From an uncultured Pseudomonadota bacterium (lineage in GTDB: Bacteria > Myxococcota_A > UBA796 > UBA9615), in the NCBI GenBank assembly GCA_937891735.1, contig CALAGR010000138.1:7123-71122 (forward strand): a stretch of 64,000 nucleotides of DNA, given 5' to 3'. The notes below the pieces were generated by a model, which made no database searches, was not told where the DNA came from, and was given only the letters and a program-made list of their open reading frames with translations. The position numbers were made by a program, and so were the translations under genes. Shown one piece after another: positions 9,814 through 18,400 of the stretch (position 1 is the stretch's first letter; the number at the start of each line of letters is the position of its first letter).

Positions 9814-9892
9814 GTCTGACGCACCACGCACCCAGCGACCGCCGGACCCCGTGTCCGGCGGTTCTGCTTGGGGCGCGCTAGGGTTCCCCGCG

Positions 9893-10420
9893 ATGCTCAA
9901 GAAGATCCTCAAGCGCGGCCTGTCCGCCGCCAGAACGGCCAAGGAGATGGGCAAGGGGCTCATCCTCGGCGCGCCCGGCGTCGGACACGGGGTCGGCGAG
10001 TACGAAGACTTCGAGCGGATCCGCGCCGAGGCCGCCGCCCTGGACGCCAACGAGGGCGTCGACGCGGACGACGGCAGCGACATGGAGGCCATCTCGGGCG
10101 GCACCCGCGAGATCAGCGCCGAGGATCTGCGGATCCTGCTGGAGGTCGAGCAGCCCGAGGATCACCCGTTGATCCTGGACGTGCGCGAAGCTCACGAGTG
10201 GGACTCCGGCCACCTGCCCGGCGCCATGCACGTGCCCCTCGGCGCCCTCGATGCACGCATCGGCGACCTGGCCCAGGGCAAGGCGGTGGTGACGTACTGC
10301 GCCAGCGGCGTGCGCTCGATCGACGCGAGCTACGTGCTCAAGCGCCACGGCTGGGCCGACGTGCAGGCCCTGGCGGGCGGGATCCAGGCATGGATCCGCG
10401 CCGGAAGCCCCCTGGAGTAG
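9893..10420 (+). CDS. Rhodanese-domain protein
   Basis: LDVRE..EW..GHLPGA, active-site YCASGVRS, LAGGI.AW. Confidence 0.9.
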   Translation: MLKKILKRGLSAARTAKEMGKGLILGAPGVGHGVGEYEDFERIRAEAAALDANEGVDADDGSDMEAISGGTREISAEDLRILLEVEQPEDHPLILDVREAHEWDSGHLPGAMHVPLGALDARIGDLAQGKAVVTYCASGVRSIDASYVLKRHGWADVQALAGGIQAWIRAGSPLE

Positions 10421-10461
10421 CCGTTCTCTGACGAGCCCTCAGTGCGCCGCGGCGCGCTCGG

Positions 10462-10809
10462 TCACCACGGGAAGCGGGCCGTCACCCGGCCCTGCACGCG
10501 CTCGACGCGGATCGCCCCGAACTGCCGGCTGTCGGTCGATGCGAGAGGATCGGGGTTGTCCCCGACCACGAAGAGCCGGCCGTCCGGCTCCACCCGCGCC
10601 ACGCGCTTGACGATGAGGGTGTTCGCCACCGTGGGGTGGGACGCCAGAACGATGTGCCCCTCCTGCGGAGGGCGGCGCCGGTAGGCACGCGGATCCACCA
10701 GCACATCGTCGCCGTCGGCGTGGGTCGGGACCATGGAGGCGCCGACGATCTGGACTCGTCGGCGCCTCCTCAGGATCCAGAGCAGCGCCTCGATCAGGTG
10801 GTGTACCAC
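10462..10809 (-). CDS. sodX: Nickel-SOD maturation protease (S26 family)
   Basis: GASMVPT (catalytic Ser), VKRV (Lys), GDN, STDSRQFG; directly downstream of sodN; start uncertain (GTG 10809). Confidence 0.9.
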   Translation of the reverse strand: MVHHLIEALLWILRRRRRVQIVGASMVPTHADGDDVLVDPRAYRRRPPQEGHIVLASHPTVANTLIVKRVARVEPDGRLFVVGDNPDPLASTDSRQFGAIRVERVQGRVTARFPW

Positions 10810-11264
10810 TCGATCTTGCGGCCCTTGATGGCCCAGAAGATGTCGTGGATCTTCTGGATGTTGGCCAGGAACTGCTCGGCGGCGGCCACGTTGACCCCCT
10901 GCTTGGCGGAGCTGGCGAGCTTCGTGGTCTCCCAGATCAGCGTGTGCAGATCGGGGTGGGCCACCAGGTGCTCCGGCTTGAAGAAGTCGGTCCACAGCAC
11001 GAGCACCTCCTCCTTCGCGAGGTGGGCCTGCTGCTCCTTGATCGCCACGTAGCGGGCGAAGTGGTTCAGGTAATGGGCCCAGGCGTGGGCGTCGTTGCTG
11101 TCCGGCACGGTGAGCGCGCTGAGCTTCTTGCTCATGGACAGCACGGCCTCCGCCGCGATGCGTGCGGACGCGGGGTCGTACACGCCGCAGGGACCATCAC
11201 AGTGGGCCTCGGCCTGGGGCGCGGGGTTGTTCTGGCGGAACTCGCGGATGAGCTTGTCGATCAT
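10794..11264 (-). CDS. sodN: Nickel superoxide dismutase
   Basis: Leader then Ni-hook HCDGPCGVYDP; IKEQQA, VLWTDFFKP; GGAG RBS. Confidence 0.97.
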   Translation of the reverse strand: MIDKLIREFRQNNPAPQAEAHCDGPCGVYDPASARIAAEAVLSMSKKLSALTVPDSNDAHAWAHYLNHFARYVAIKEQQAHLAKEEVLVLWTDFFKPEHLVAHPDLHTLIWETTKLASSAKQGVNVAAAEQFLANIQKIHDIFWAIKGRKIEWYTT

Positions 11265-11307
11265 CGAATGTCTCCAAAGGAGGCTTCCCGGGGGAAGCGG
11301 GGGGTGG

Positions 11308-11336
11308 ATCTTTGGGGCCGGGTTCGGGGGTGTCAA
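11308..11336 (-). promoter_or_regulatory. Putative sigma70-type promoter for sodN-sodX
   Basis: TTGACA-17 nt-AAAGAT on the minus strand. Confidence 0.55.
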
Positions 11337-11387
11337 GAACAGGAGGCGGCCGCCGGCCTCACTGCGCCGAGCAGATGAAACACCCAG

Positions 11388-12116
11388 TCAGAGTCCCAGG
11401 AGCGAAATGGCCGCGCCGCTGCCGGCGATGGCCAGGCCCGCGAACACGTCGGCGTGCTTCTCGAACCGGTGCAAGGAGAGCCGGCCGAGCCCCACGTAGG
11501 CGGCCCCCACCACCGCCATCATGGTGCCGATGGTGGTGATCCCGAAGGCCGCCGTGACCAGCACGACGACGCCCCAGGCGTGCTCCGCGGCCGGGAACAT
11601 GAGCATCGGGATCAGGGCCTCGCAGGGGCCGAAGGCGAAGATCAGGAACAGCGACCAGAAGGCCATGAAGCCGAGCTTGCGCCCATCGACGGTGGCCTCG
11701 TGCGCGTGCAGGTGCTGCCGCGCGTGGTCGTGACCGTGCTCGTGCAGCGAGCCGTCGTCGTGCGCGTGCCGGTGGCTGTGGTGCTCTCCCCGGCGACCGC
11801 GAATGAAGCCCCAGGTGGCCCAGGTGAGCCCGAAGGCGATCAGCAGCCAGGCGGCCAGCGAACCCCGCACGCCCTCGACGAGCTCCAGCCGCTCCAGGGC
11901 CACGCCCACGCTGATCCCGGCCACGCCGATCACCACGGAGCTGAGCACGTGGGCCAGCCCACAGGCCGCGGTGATGGCCAGCACCTTGCGCAGCGACCAG
12001 CCCCGGGCATGACCCAGAACCACGAACGGCAGCGAGTGGTCGACCCCGATCAGCGTGTGCACCAGGCCGATGCTGACAGCGGTGAAGAGCAGGACTGCGA
12101 CGGACGATTCGGTCAT
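11388..12116 (-). CDS. His-rich nickel transporter (UreH/SodT/NiCoT-like)
   Basis: HTLIGVDHSLP, GLAHV, His-rich loop HHSHRHAHDDGSLHEHGHDH, GPCEALIP, about 6 TM helices; adjacent to sodN. Confidence 0.85.
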   Translation of the reverse strand: MTESSVAVLLFTAVSIGLVHTLIGVDHSLPFVVLGHARGWSLRKVLAITAACGLAHVLSSVVIGVAGISVGVALERLELVEGVRGSLAAWLLIAFGLTWATWGFIRGRRGEHHSHRHAHDDGSLHEHGHDHARQHLHAHEATVDGRKLGFMAFWSLFLIFAFGPCEALIPMLMFPAAEHAWGVVVLVTAAFGITTIGTMMAVVGAAYVGLGRLSLHRFEKHADVFAGLAIAGSGAAISLLGL

Positions 12117-12163
12117 GGGCCGGCAACCTTAGCCCGGCCCTTTTGGCTCCGCAGCCCAAGCAC

Positions 12164-12196
12164 AAAAAGGCGCCGGTCCGTGAGGACCAGCGCCTT
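12164..12196 (-). terminator. Rho-independent terminator after rpmB
   Basis: AAGGCGCTGGTCC-TCAC-GGACCGGCGCCTT followed by TTT on the minus strand. Confidence 0.8.
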
Positions 12197-12216
12197 CCTG
12201 CTTGAATCAGGTCGAG

Positions 12217-12444
12217 CTAGCTGAGCTTGACGCCGGCGTCCTTGGCGGCCGCCTGCAAGCCCTTCTTCGTGATCGTGCGCAGCGCACGGGCGCTGATCTT
12301 GATCCGAACCCACTTGCCCTGGGTTTCATCCCAGATGCGCTTGCTCAACATGTTTGGCTTCTGCCAGTGCTTGGTCTTGTGGTTCGAGTGCGAGACTCGA
12401 TTCCCGACCTTCGCACGCTTGCCAGTGAATTGACACTTGGCCAT
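12217..12444 (-). CDS. rpmB: 50S ribosomal protein L28 (no Zn-ribbon Cys set)
   Basis: CQFTGK...GNRVSHSNHKTK...PN...ISARALRT. Confidence 0.95.
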   Translation of the reverse strand: MAKCQFTGKRAKVGNRVSHSNHKTKHWQKPNMLSKRIWDETQGKWVRIKISARALRTITKKGLQAAAKDAGVKLS

Positions 12445-12469
12445 GGGCGCTGCTCCCGCCGAACATCAG

Positions 12470-12628
12470 CTACTTGCTGATCTTCGACTCCTTGAAGAGG
12501 ACGTGCTTACGAACCTTCGGGTCGTACTTCTTGAACGACAGCTTGCCCGTCGTCTTCCGCTTGTTCTTGGTCGTCGTGTAGAAGTAGCCGGTTCCGGCCG
12601 TCGACACGAGCTTGATCTTTTCGCGCAT
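12470..12628 (-). CDS. rpmG: 50S ribosomal protein L33 (Cys-free form)
   Basis: Missed by the ORF track; manual translation [52 protein letters not shown]; GAGGGAG RBS. Confidence 0.97.
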   Translation of the reverse strand: MREKIKLVSTAGTGYFYTTTKNKRKTTGKLSFKKYDPKVRKHVLFKESKISK

Positions 12629-12657
12629 GAGTCACTCCCTCAGTCCAGGGACGGCGG

Positions 12658-12686
12658 ACGGTACTGACCGCTCCTGGGTCTGTCAA
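12658..12686 (-). promoter_or_regulatory. Putative sigma70-type promoter for rpmG-rpmB
   Basis: TTGACA-17 nt-TACCGT on the minus strand. Confidence 0.65.
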
Positions 12687-12699
12687 GGTTGGGGCCCCA

Positions 12700-12734
12700 A
12701 GGAGAAGCCCCGAGGCGAACAATCGCCTCGGGGC
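12700..12734 (-). terminator. Strong hairpin/terminator ending the parAB-bactofilin transcript
   Basis: Perfect 12-bp stem GCCCCGAGGCGA/TCGCCTCGGGGC (12707-12734) followed by TTCTCCTT on the minus strand. Confidence 0.65.
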
Positions 12735-12863
12735 CGTTGCCTGACCGGGATGTCAGCGTTCGGTTCAGCTCAGCAGAATCAGCACGACATCAGCATCCGC
12801 AGAACCCGGGCGGCATCTCCATCACGACGGCCAGTTGGGACCGGGGCCGTCGCGAAGCAGCTC

Positions 12864-13463
12864 TCAATAAACAGGCTTCATCAGGTCCGACGGATCGGGC
12901 GAGGCGGGGGCCGCCGCGCCGTTCTCCTTGTTCCCGCGAGGAGCCACGATGGGGGCGCGCTTGGTCGTCGCCCGCACCGCCTCGTCCAGCGCGGTGGACA
13001 TGCGCATCGCGCCATCGAACCGCACTCCCTCTTCCATCGTGATGATCGATGAGGTGATGTTTCCGACCACGACGGCGGGGGCCCGCAGATCACAGCGCGA
13101 GCGCGCGCTGATGTCGCCGTTGACCCGCCCGGCGATGACCAGGGCGGCCACGTCGATCTGGGCCTCGATCTCGGCGTCCGGGCCAATCTCGAGCGTGTCG
13201 TTGGAGAAGATCTCCCCCGTGAACTTGCCGTCGATCCGCACCCGCCCCTCGAAGGTCAGCTTGCCTTCGTAGATGCAGCCGCGGCCCAGGAACGCGTTCA
13301 GCTCATTGCTCGCCCGGCGGGGCGTGGGCTGGGCCTGCTGGGCCACAGGAGCGGGAGAGGGAAACGCCGTCGGCTCGGGCAGCGAAGAGGGCTCCGCCGG
13401 TGGCGGCGAAGCGAACAGGGTGGAGTCGCGGCGTCCGAACTTCATGGAGGGCTCCTGAGACAT
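12864..13463 (-). CDS. Bactofilin (polymer-forming cytoskeletal protein), BacM-like
   Basis: LGRGCIYEGKLTFEGRVRIDGKFTGEI...GRVNGDI...MEEGVRFDG beta-helix; Pro-rich N-terminus; position after parB matches Myxococcus bacM. Confidence 0.92.
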   Translation of the reverse strand: MSQEPSMKFGRRDSTLFASPPPAEPSSLPEPTAFPSPAPVAQQAQPTPRRASNELNAFLGRGCIYEGKLTFEGRVRIDGKFTGEIFSNDTLEIGPDAEIEAQIDVAALVIAGRVNGDISARSRCDLRAPAVVVGNITSSIITMEEGVRFDGAMRMSTALDEAVRATTKRAPIVAPRGNKENGAAAPASPDPSDLMKPVY

Positions 13464-13490
13464 CGGCAGATCTACAGTCGTGGTGCGGTG

Positions 13491-14378
13491 TCAGATGAGA
13501 GGGGATTCGAGGCGGCCGAGAAGCCGCTCCAGATCCTGGGACGAGTAATAGTCGAGGACGATCTTCCCGCCGCCACCGCGCGCACGCGGCTTGAGCTGGA
13601 CCCGGGTGCCGAGGTGTCGCGCCAGCTTGTCCTGGACATCGACCAACGGAGTCGGCAATTCCTTGATGGTCTTGCGGGTCTTGCGACCCTCCTGGGCGCG
13701 GCGAACCTCCTCCTCCGTCTGGCGGACGGAGAGGCCTTCGCCGATGACCCTGGCGTACACGCTCAGCAGCGCGCTGTGGTCCGCGAGCCCCAGGAGCGCG
13801 CGACCGTGCCCCATGGAGATGGCCCCGCGCCCCAGCCCGTCGAGCACCTCTTCGGGCAGCTTGAGCAGCCGCAGCATGTTGGCCACGGTGGAGCGGTCCT
13901 TGCCGACCTTGCGGCTCAGCTCCTCCTGCGTGTAGCCGACGTCCTCGATGAGCTGCTTGTAGGCCTCGGCCTCTTCGACGGCGTTGAGGTCCTCCCGCTG
14001 CAGGTTCTCGATGAGGGCCAGCTCCAGCGACTCGGTGCGACCCATGCGGCGAACGATCGATGGGATCGTGCGCAGACCGGCCTTGCAGCCCGCCCGGTAG
14101 CGACGCTCGCCCGCGACGATCTCGTAGCCGTTGTCGATGGGACGCAGCAGGATGGGCTGGATGACGCCCTTTTCGCGGATCGAGGCGGTCAGCTCCTCCA
14201 TGCCCTCGGCGGCGAAGTACCGACGCGGCTGGAACGGGTTGACCTTGATCTCGTCGATCGGGATGTGCACCACGGCGCCGCCGGCCAGCGCTGCGCGCGG
14301 ACCTCCTTCGCCCTCTCCGGCGCGGGCGTCGGGGATGAGGGAGGCGAGGCCGCGTCCGAGGGTTCTTCGCTTCTGCAT
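13491..14378 (-). CDS. parB: Chromosome partitioning protein ParB
   Basis: LGRGLASLI, NPFQPRR, IVAGERRYRA, ENLQREDL, HTH KDRSTVANMLRLL. Confidence 0.98.
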   Translation of the reverse strand: MQKRRTLGRGLASLIPDARAGEGEGGPRAALAGGAVVHIPIDEIKVNPFQPRRYFAAEGMEELTASIREKGVIQPILLRPIDNGYEIVAGERRYRAGCKAGLRTIPSIVRRMGRTESLELALIENLQREDLNAVEEAEAYKQLIEDVGYTQEELSRKVGKDRSTVANMLRLLKLPEEVLDGLGRGAISMGHGRALLGLADHSALLSVYARVIGEGLSVRQTEEEVRRAQEGRKTRKTIKELPTPLVDVQDKLARHLGTRVQLKPRARGGGGKIVLDYYSSQDLERLLGRLESPLI

Positions 14379-14398
14379 TGCGATTGCTCCTTGGCCGC

Positions 14399-15199
14399 TC
14401 AGGCGCTCATCGCCGACGACAACTTCGCCACGCGCACACCGTGCTTCGCGAGGAGCTCGCGGGCGAGATCCATGTAGGCGACGGCGCCCTTGGCCTGGAT
14501 GTCGTAGAGGATGATCGGCTTGCCGAAGGACGGCGCCTCACCGAGGCGTACGTTGCGGGGGATGTCGGTCTCGAACACCTTGTCGCCGAAGTGGCGACGC
14601 ACGTCGGCGCTGACCTGCTGGTTCAGGCGGTTCCGCCCGTCGTAGAGCGTCAGGAGCACGCCTTCGAGCACCAGCCGCGGGTTCAGGCGCCGCTGGATCA
14701 GCCGGATGGTGCGGGTCAGCTCGCCGAGGCCCTCCAGGGCGTAGTACTCGGTCTGCAGGGGGATCAGCACCGAGTCGGCCGCCGTCAGGGCGTTGACCGT
14801 CAGCAGGCCGAGGCTCGGCGGGCAGTCGATGAGGATCCAGTCGTACTCCGCGTCCAGCGCGGTGACCTGGTCGGACAGCCGATGCTCCCGGGACAAGACG
14901 CTGGTCAGCTCGACCTCCGCGCCCACCAGGTCGGTGTTGGACGGCGCCACGTGGAGACAGGGCAGCTCGCTCTGCACGATCGCTTCGCGGAGCGGCATCT
15001 CGTGCACCAGCACGTCGTACATGGAGCCCGTGGCCGCCTGCTTGTCGATGCCGAGGCCGGACGTGGCGTTGCCCTGGGGGTCCAGATCCACCAGCAGCAC
15101 CCGCTGCTCAGCGGCCGCGAGGCACGCGCCGAGATTCACCGCCGTGGTGGTCTTCCCGACTCCGCCCTTCTGATTGGAGATCGCAATGATGCGCGCCAT
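14399..15199 (-). CDS. parA: Chromosome partitioning ATPase ParA
   Basis: NQKGGVGKTT, DLDPQGNAT, IDCPPSLG, IPRNVRLGEAPSFG. Confidence 0.98.
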   Translation of the reverse strand: MARIIAISNQKGGVGKTTTAVNLGACLAAAEQRVLLVDLDPQGNATSGLGIDKQAATGSMYDVLVHEMPLREAIVQSELPCLHVAPSNTDLVGAEVELTSVLSREHRLSDQVTALDAEYDWILIDCPPSLGLLTVNALTAADSVLIPLQTEYYALEGLGELTRTIRLIQRRLNPRLVLEGVLLTLYDGRNRLNQQVSADVRRHFGDKVFETDIPRNVRLGEAPSFGKPIILYDIQAKGAVAYMDLARELLAKHGVRVAKLSSAMSA

Positions 15200-15425
15200 G
15201 AGCGCCTTTCCCTGTTGTCTGTGCTGACTCGAAACCGGTGACTGAGGTCCCGCGAAGTGCTCGCGGACGTTTCGAGTGAAAAGACACTAAACCAGCGTCT
15301 TTCGTTCGAGCAACGAGTTTATGGGAAAAAAAGACATGCACGGCGAAGAGCGTCGCCCAGACGTCGATCTGGCGTTCGAGCGCAGCTCTCTTGCGCGAGG
15401 CAATCAGATCGCCGCGGCGGCGGTC

Positions 15426-16100
15426 TCAGGCGGCGGGGATCAGGAGATCGTGCTGGGAGCCGGATCGGATCCGGCGTGAATTCCCATTGGTCTCGCGCCA
15501 GCCCTGTGGAGGCCACTGCGGCTGCTGCGCGAGCAGGCTCTCCGACGTCGCGATCACCGCCGCGGAGGCGCCCCATCGGCTCGCCTCCGCCAGCGCGTCC
15601 GGGGGCGCCGCGAACGCGCGGGACACGAACACCGGCGCCTCCAAGGAGAGCGTTCCACGCACGACCTCGGAGCGGCCGTGGTGCACCACCACCTCGGGCA
15701 GCTCCATCGCCCGGGCGGCCTCGCGCAGGAACGCAGCGCGCTTGCGGCGGGCCTCCACCAGGTGCACGGCCCGCGTGGGAAAGGCCGCGGCGAGGACGAG
15801 ACCAGGCAGGCCCGAGCCGGAGCCCACATCCACGATGGGCCGCTCCGCGAGGTCGGCGCGGTCGAGGAGTCCGACGTCACACCAGCAGTCGGCGAGGCCC
15901 CGGTCCAGGAGCTCGGCGCCGGCACGCCAGCCCACCAGCCGCTGCGCGCGACTCCACTGCGTCAGGGTCCGCGACCAGGCGGCGAGCCGCTCCGCCGCCT
16001 CGGGGGTGATGGGGTGGATCTCCTCGAGCACCATCCGGATCGCGTCGGGCGTCAGGCTCAGGCGCGCGGCTCCACGGCTTCGAGGCGCTCGGGGGCTCAT
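15426..16100 (-). CDS. rsmG: 16S rRNA m7G527 methyltransferase
   Basis: [26 protein letters not shown]; ATGA overlap with mnmG. Confidence 0.9.
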   Translation of the reverse strand: MSPRAPRSRGAARLSLTPDAIRMVLEEIHPITPEAAERLAAWSRTLTQWSRAQRLVGWRAGAELLDRGLADCWCDVGLLDRADLAERPIVDVGSGSGLPGLVLAAAFPTRAVHLVEARRKRAAFLREAARAMELPEVVVHHGRSEVVRGTLSLEAPVFVSRAFAAPPDALAEASRWGASAAVIATSESLLAQQPQWPPQGWRETNGNSRRIRSGSQHDLLIPAA

Positions 16101-17986
16101 GGGGCGTCCGGCCGCAGACCGCCGCGGATCCGCCCCGCCAGGAGGGCGAGCGCCGCGGGGGTCATGCCCGGGATGCGCGCGGCGTCGTCCAGGGTGGGCG
16201 GGGCCACACGCCCCAGCTTCTCCACGAGCTCGTGCCGCAGGCCGGGCACCCCTTCGAAGCGGAAGCCGACAGGGATCCCCAGGGAGCCCAGCGCGCGCAC
16301 CCGGTCCACCTCGACCTGCTGGCGGTCGATGTAGCCCGCGTACCGGCACTGGATGATCACCTGCTCCAGGTCCTCGTCTGCCAGGGTCGGACCGGTGAGG
16401 TTGGCGGCCTCGAGCAGGGGGCCCATCTGGATGCCCCTGCGCTGGCTCATCTCGGCGAGCGTTCGGGCCCGGGACAGGTCCGGCTCACCGAGCCCGTGCA
16501 GCAGGGCGTTCACGGCGGGGCTCGGCTCCACGCGGGTGGTCTGCATCCAGCGCAGACCCCGGGTGATGGCCTCCTGCCGCCGCCCGAACACGGCCCAGCG
16601 TTCCTCGTCTACGAGCCCCGCCCGCCGGCCGATGGGGGTCAGCCGCAGATCCGCGTTGTCCTCCCGAAGGAGCAGTCGAAACTCCGCGCGGCTCGTGAAC
16701 ATGCGGTAGGGCTCAGCGGTCCCCAGGGTCGTCAGGTCATCGACGAGCACGCCGATGTAGGCCTCGTCCCGGCGCAGGATCAGGGGCTCGCCCTCCTGCA
16801 CCGCGAGGGCCGCGTTGAGCCCCGCGAGCAGCCCCTGTGCGGCCGCCTCCTCGTACCCCGTGGTGCCGTTGATCTGCCCTGCGAGGTACAGGCCCGGCAG
16901 CAGGCGGGACTCCAGGGTGCGGTGCAGATCCCGCGGGTCCGAGAAGTCGTACTCGATGGCGTAGCCGGGCCGGATGATCCGGGCCTGCTCGAGCCCCTGG
17001 ATGGTGCGGACCGCGTCCCGCTGGACCTGCACCGGCAGGCTCGTGCTGAAGCCGTTGGGGTAGACCTCCCGGGTGGCGAGCCCCTCCGGCTCGAGGAACA
17101 GCCGATGGGACTCCTTGTCCGGGAACCGGACCAGCTTGTCCTCGATGGCGGGGCAGTAGCGCGGCCCGCTGCCGCCGATGCGCGCGTGCTCGCCGTATAG
17201 CGGGGAGTGCCTCAGACCGGCCCGGATCACGGCGTGGGTGCGGGCGTTGGTGTCGGTGATCGCGCAGCGGATCTGGGGCAGTCGCGGGGTCGGGCCCACG
17301 AACGAGAAGCGGCCACCTGGGTGATCGCCCTCCTGGGGCTCCAGGCGTGCCCAGTCGATGGTCCGGCCGTCCAGCCGCGGGACCGTGCCGGTCTTGAGCC
17401 GGCCCAGGCGGTGGCCCACGGCCTCCAGCGCGGCCGACAGGTGCGCCGCGGCGGGGGCTCCGTTGCCGCCGCCCGAACGATCCGCGAGGCCCGTGTACAG
17501 GCGGCCCCGCAGGAACGTGCCAGTGGTGACCACGGCCGCCCGGCACCGCACCACGGCCCCGCCCACCAGGGTCACGCCAGCCACCCGTCCATGTTCCACG
17601 AGAAACCCCGAGGCCTCGGCCTCGATCACCGTGAGCCCGGCGCACGCGGCCACGGTCTGGCCCATGGCCCGCTGGTACAGGTGCCTGTCCACCTGGGCCC
17701 GGGACGAGCGCACGGCCAGGCCCCGCCGGGTGTTGAGGTACTTGAACTGGATGCTGGTGGCGTCCGTGGTGCGCGCCATCTGGCCGCCCAGGGCATCGAT
17801 CTCACGGACCAGGTGTCCCTTGGCCTGGCCGCCGATGGCGGGGTTGCAGGGCATGCGGCCGATGCCCCCCGCCACCAGGGTCACCAGCGCCGTGCGCAGG
17901 CCCATCCGGGCGCAGGCCAGCGAGGCCTCCGTGCCGGCGTGGCCGCCGCCGATGACGAGGACGTCGAATGGGTCGCGGGTCCGCAT
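16097..17986 (-). CDS. mnmG: tRNA uridine modification enzyme MnmG/GidA
   Basis: [55 protein letters not shown]. Confidence 0.98.
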   Translation of the reverse strand: MRTRDPFDVLVIGGGHAGTEASLACARMGLRTALVTLVAGGIGRMPCNPAIGGQAKGHLVREIDALGGQMARTTDATSIQFKYLNTRRGLAVRSSRAQVDRHLYQRAMGQTVAACAGLTVIEAEASGFLVEHGRVAGVTLVGGAVVRCRAAVVTTGTFLRGRLYTGLADRSGGGNGAPAAAHLSAALEAVGHRLGRLKTGTVPRLDGRTIDWARLEPQEGDHPGGRFSFVGPTPRLPQIRCAITDTNARTHAVIRAGLRHSPLYGEHARIGGSGPRYCPAIEDKLVRFPDKESHRLFLEPEGLATREVYPNGFSTSLPVQVQRDAVRTIQGLEQARIIRPGYAIEYDFSDPRDLHRTLESRLLPGLYLAGQINGTTGYEEAAAQGLLAGLNAALAVQEGEPLILRRDEAYIGVLVDDLTTLGTAEPYRMFTSRAEFRLLLREDNADLRLTPIGRRAGLVDEERWAVFGRRQEAITRGLRWMQTTRVEPSPAVNALLHGLGEPDLSRARTLAEMSQRRGIQMGPLLEAANLTGPTLADEDLEQVIIQCRYAGYIDRQQVEVDRVRALGSLGIPVGFRFEGVPGLRHELVEKLGRVAPPTLDDAARIPGMTPAALALLAGRIRGGLRPDAP

Positions 17987-18031
17987 GAGCGGGCATTTGC
18001 GCCTGTCCGTGGCAGGCCGTCAAGGGGTCTG

Positions 18032-18204
18032 GGTTTCACGTGAAACGGTCCGGGGACGGCGCTGTCGCCAACATCGCCATATATTCTTGATATTGTTGGT
18101 TTTGTGGATAACTATCGGGCGGTCTGTTCCACGTGAAACGCGCCCGCCGGGAGGCCCTGGATCCGCGTCCAGAAAGCAGAAAACAACGCGTTTCACGTGA
18201 AACA
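18032..18204. promoter_or_regulatory. Cluster of three parS sites
   Basis: GGTTTCACGTGAAACG (18032-18047), TGTTCCACGTGAAACG (18125-18140), CGTTTCACGTGAAACA (18189-18204) match the consensus TGTTTCACGTGAAACA; degenerate copy inside mnmG at 17592-17607. Confidence 0.93.
18103..18111 (-). promoter_or_regulatory. Perfect DnaA box
   Basis: TGTGGATAA on + (TTATCCACA on -), next to an AT-rich tract at 18079-18102. Confidence 0.8.
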
Positions 18205-18400
18205 CGCCGAATCGGTCCCGCTGGGGTGGGGTCTGGACCCTCCCGGATCGGGTTCCTTGTTTTCGCTAAACAAGGATTCCTGGAGGAATCCCCTCGCCCC
18301 CTGACCCGCACGGCTCGGGTCCTGGCTCCTACCTGCGGGCCGCCTCGTCCCGGATCTGGGACGAGGGAACGGGCTAGACTCCCTCGCCTGGAGGAACCAC

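Noticed and set aside
12174-12188. GTCCGTGAGGAC resembling hammerhead stem II
   Set aside because: No flanking CUGAUGA or GAAA core; it is the apex of the rpmB terminator.
12740-12822. Possible selenoprotein read-through of TGC-TGA-TGT in the micro-ORF
   Set aside because: No recognisable SECIS or protein family, and no RBS; too speculative.
12820-12862. GAAGCAGC suggesting SRP RNA
   Set aside because: Lacks the CAGG...GGAA tetraloop domain IV and the long SRP helix.
15226-15277. Hammerhead-like look of the parA leader (CTGAG-GTCC...GGAC)
   Set aside because: Core nucleotides are wrong on both strands (GTTTC in place of GAAAC, no CUGANGA).
18032-18204. CRISPR-like spaced repeats
   Set aside because: Three 16-bp palindromes with irregular spacing match parS; no cas genes.
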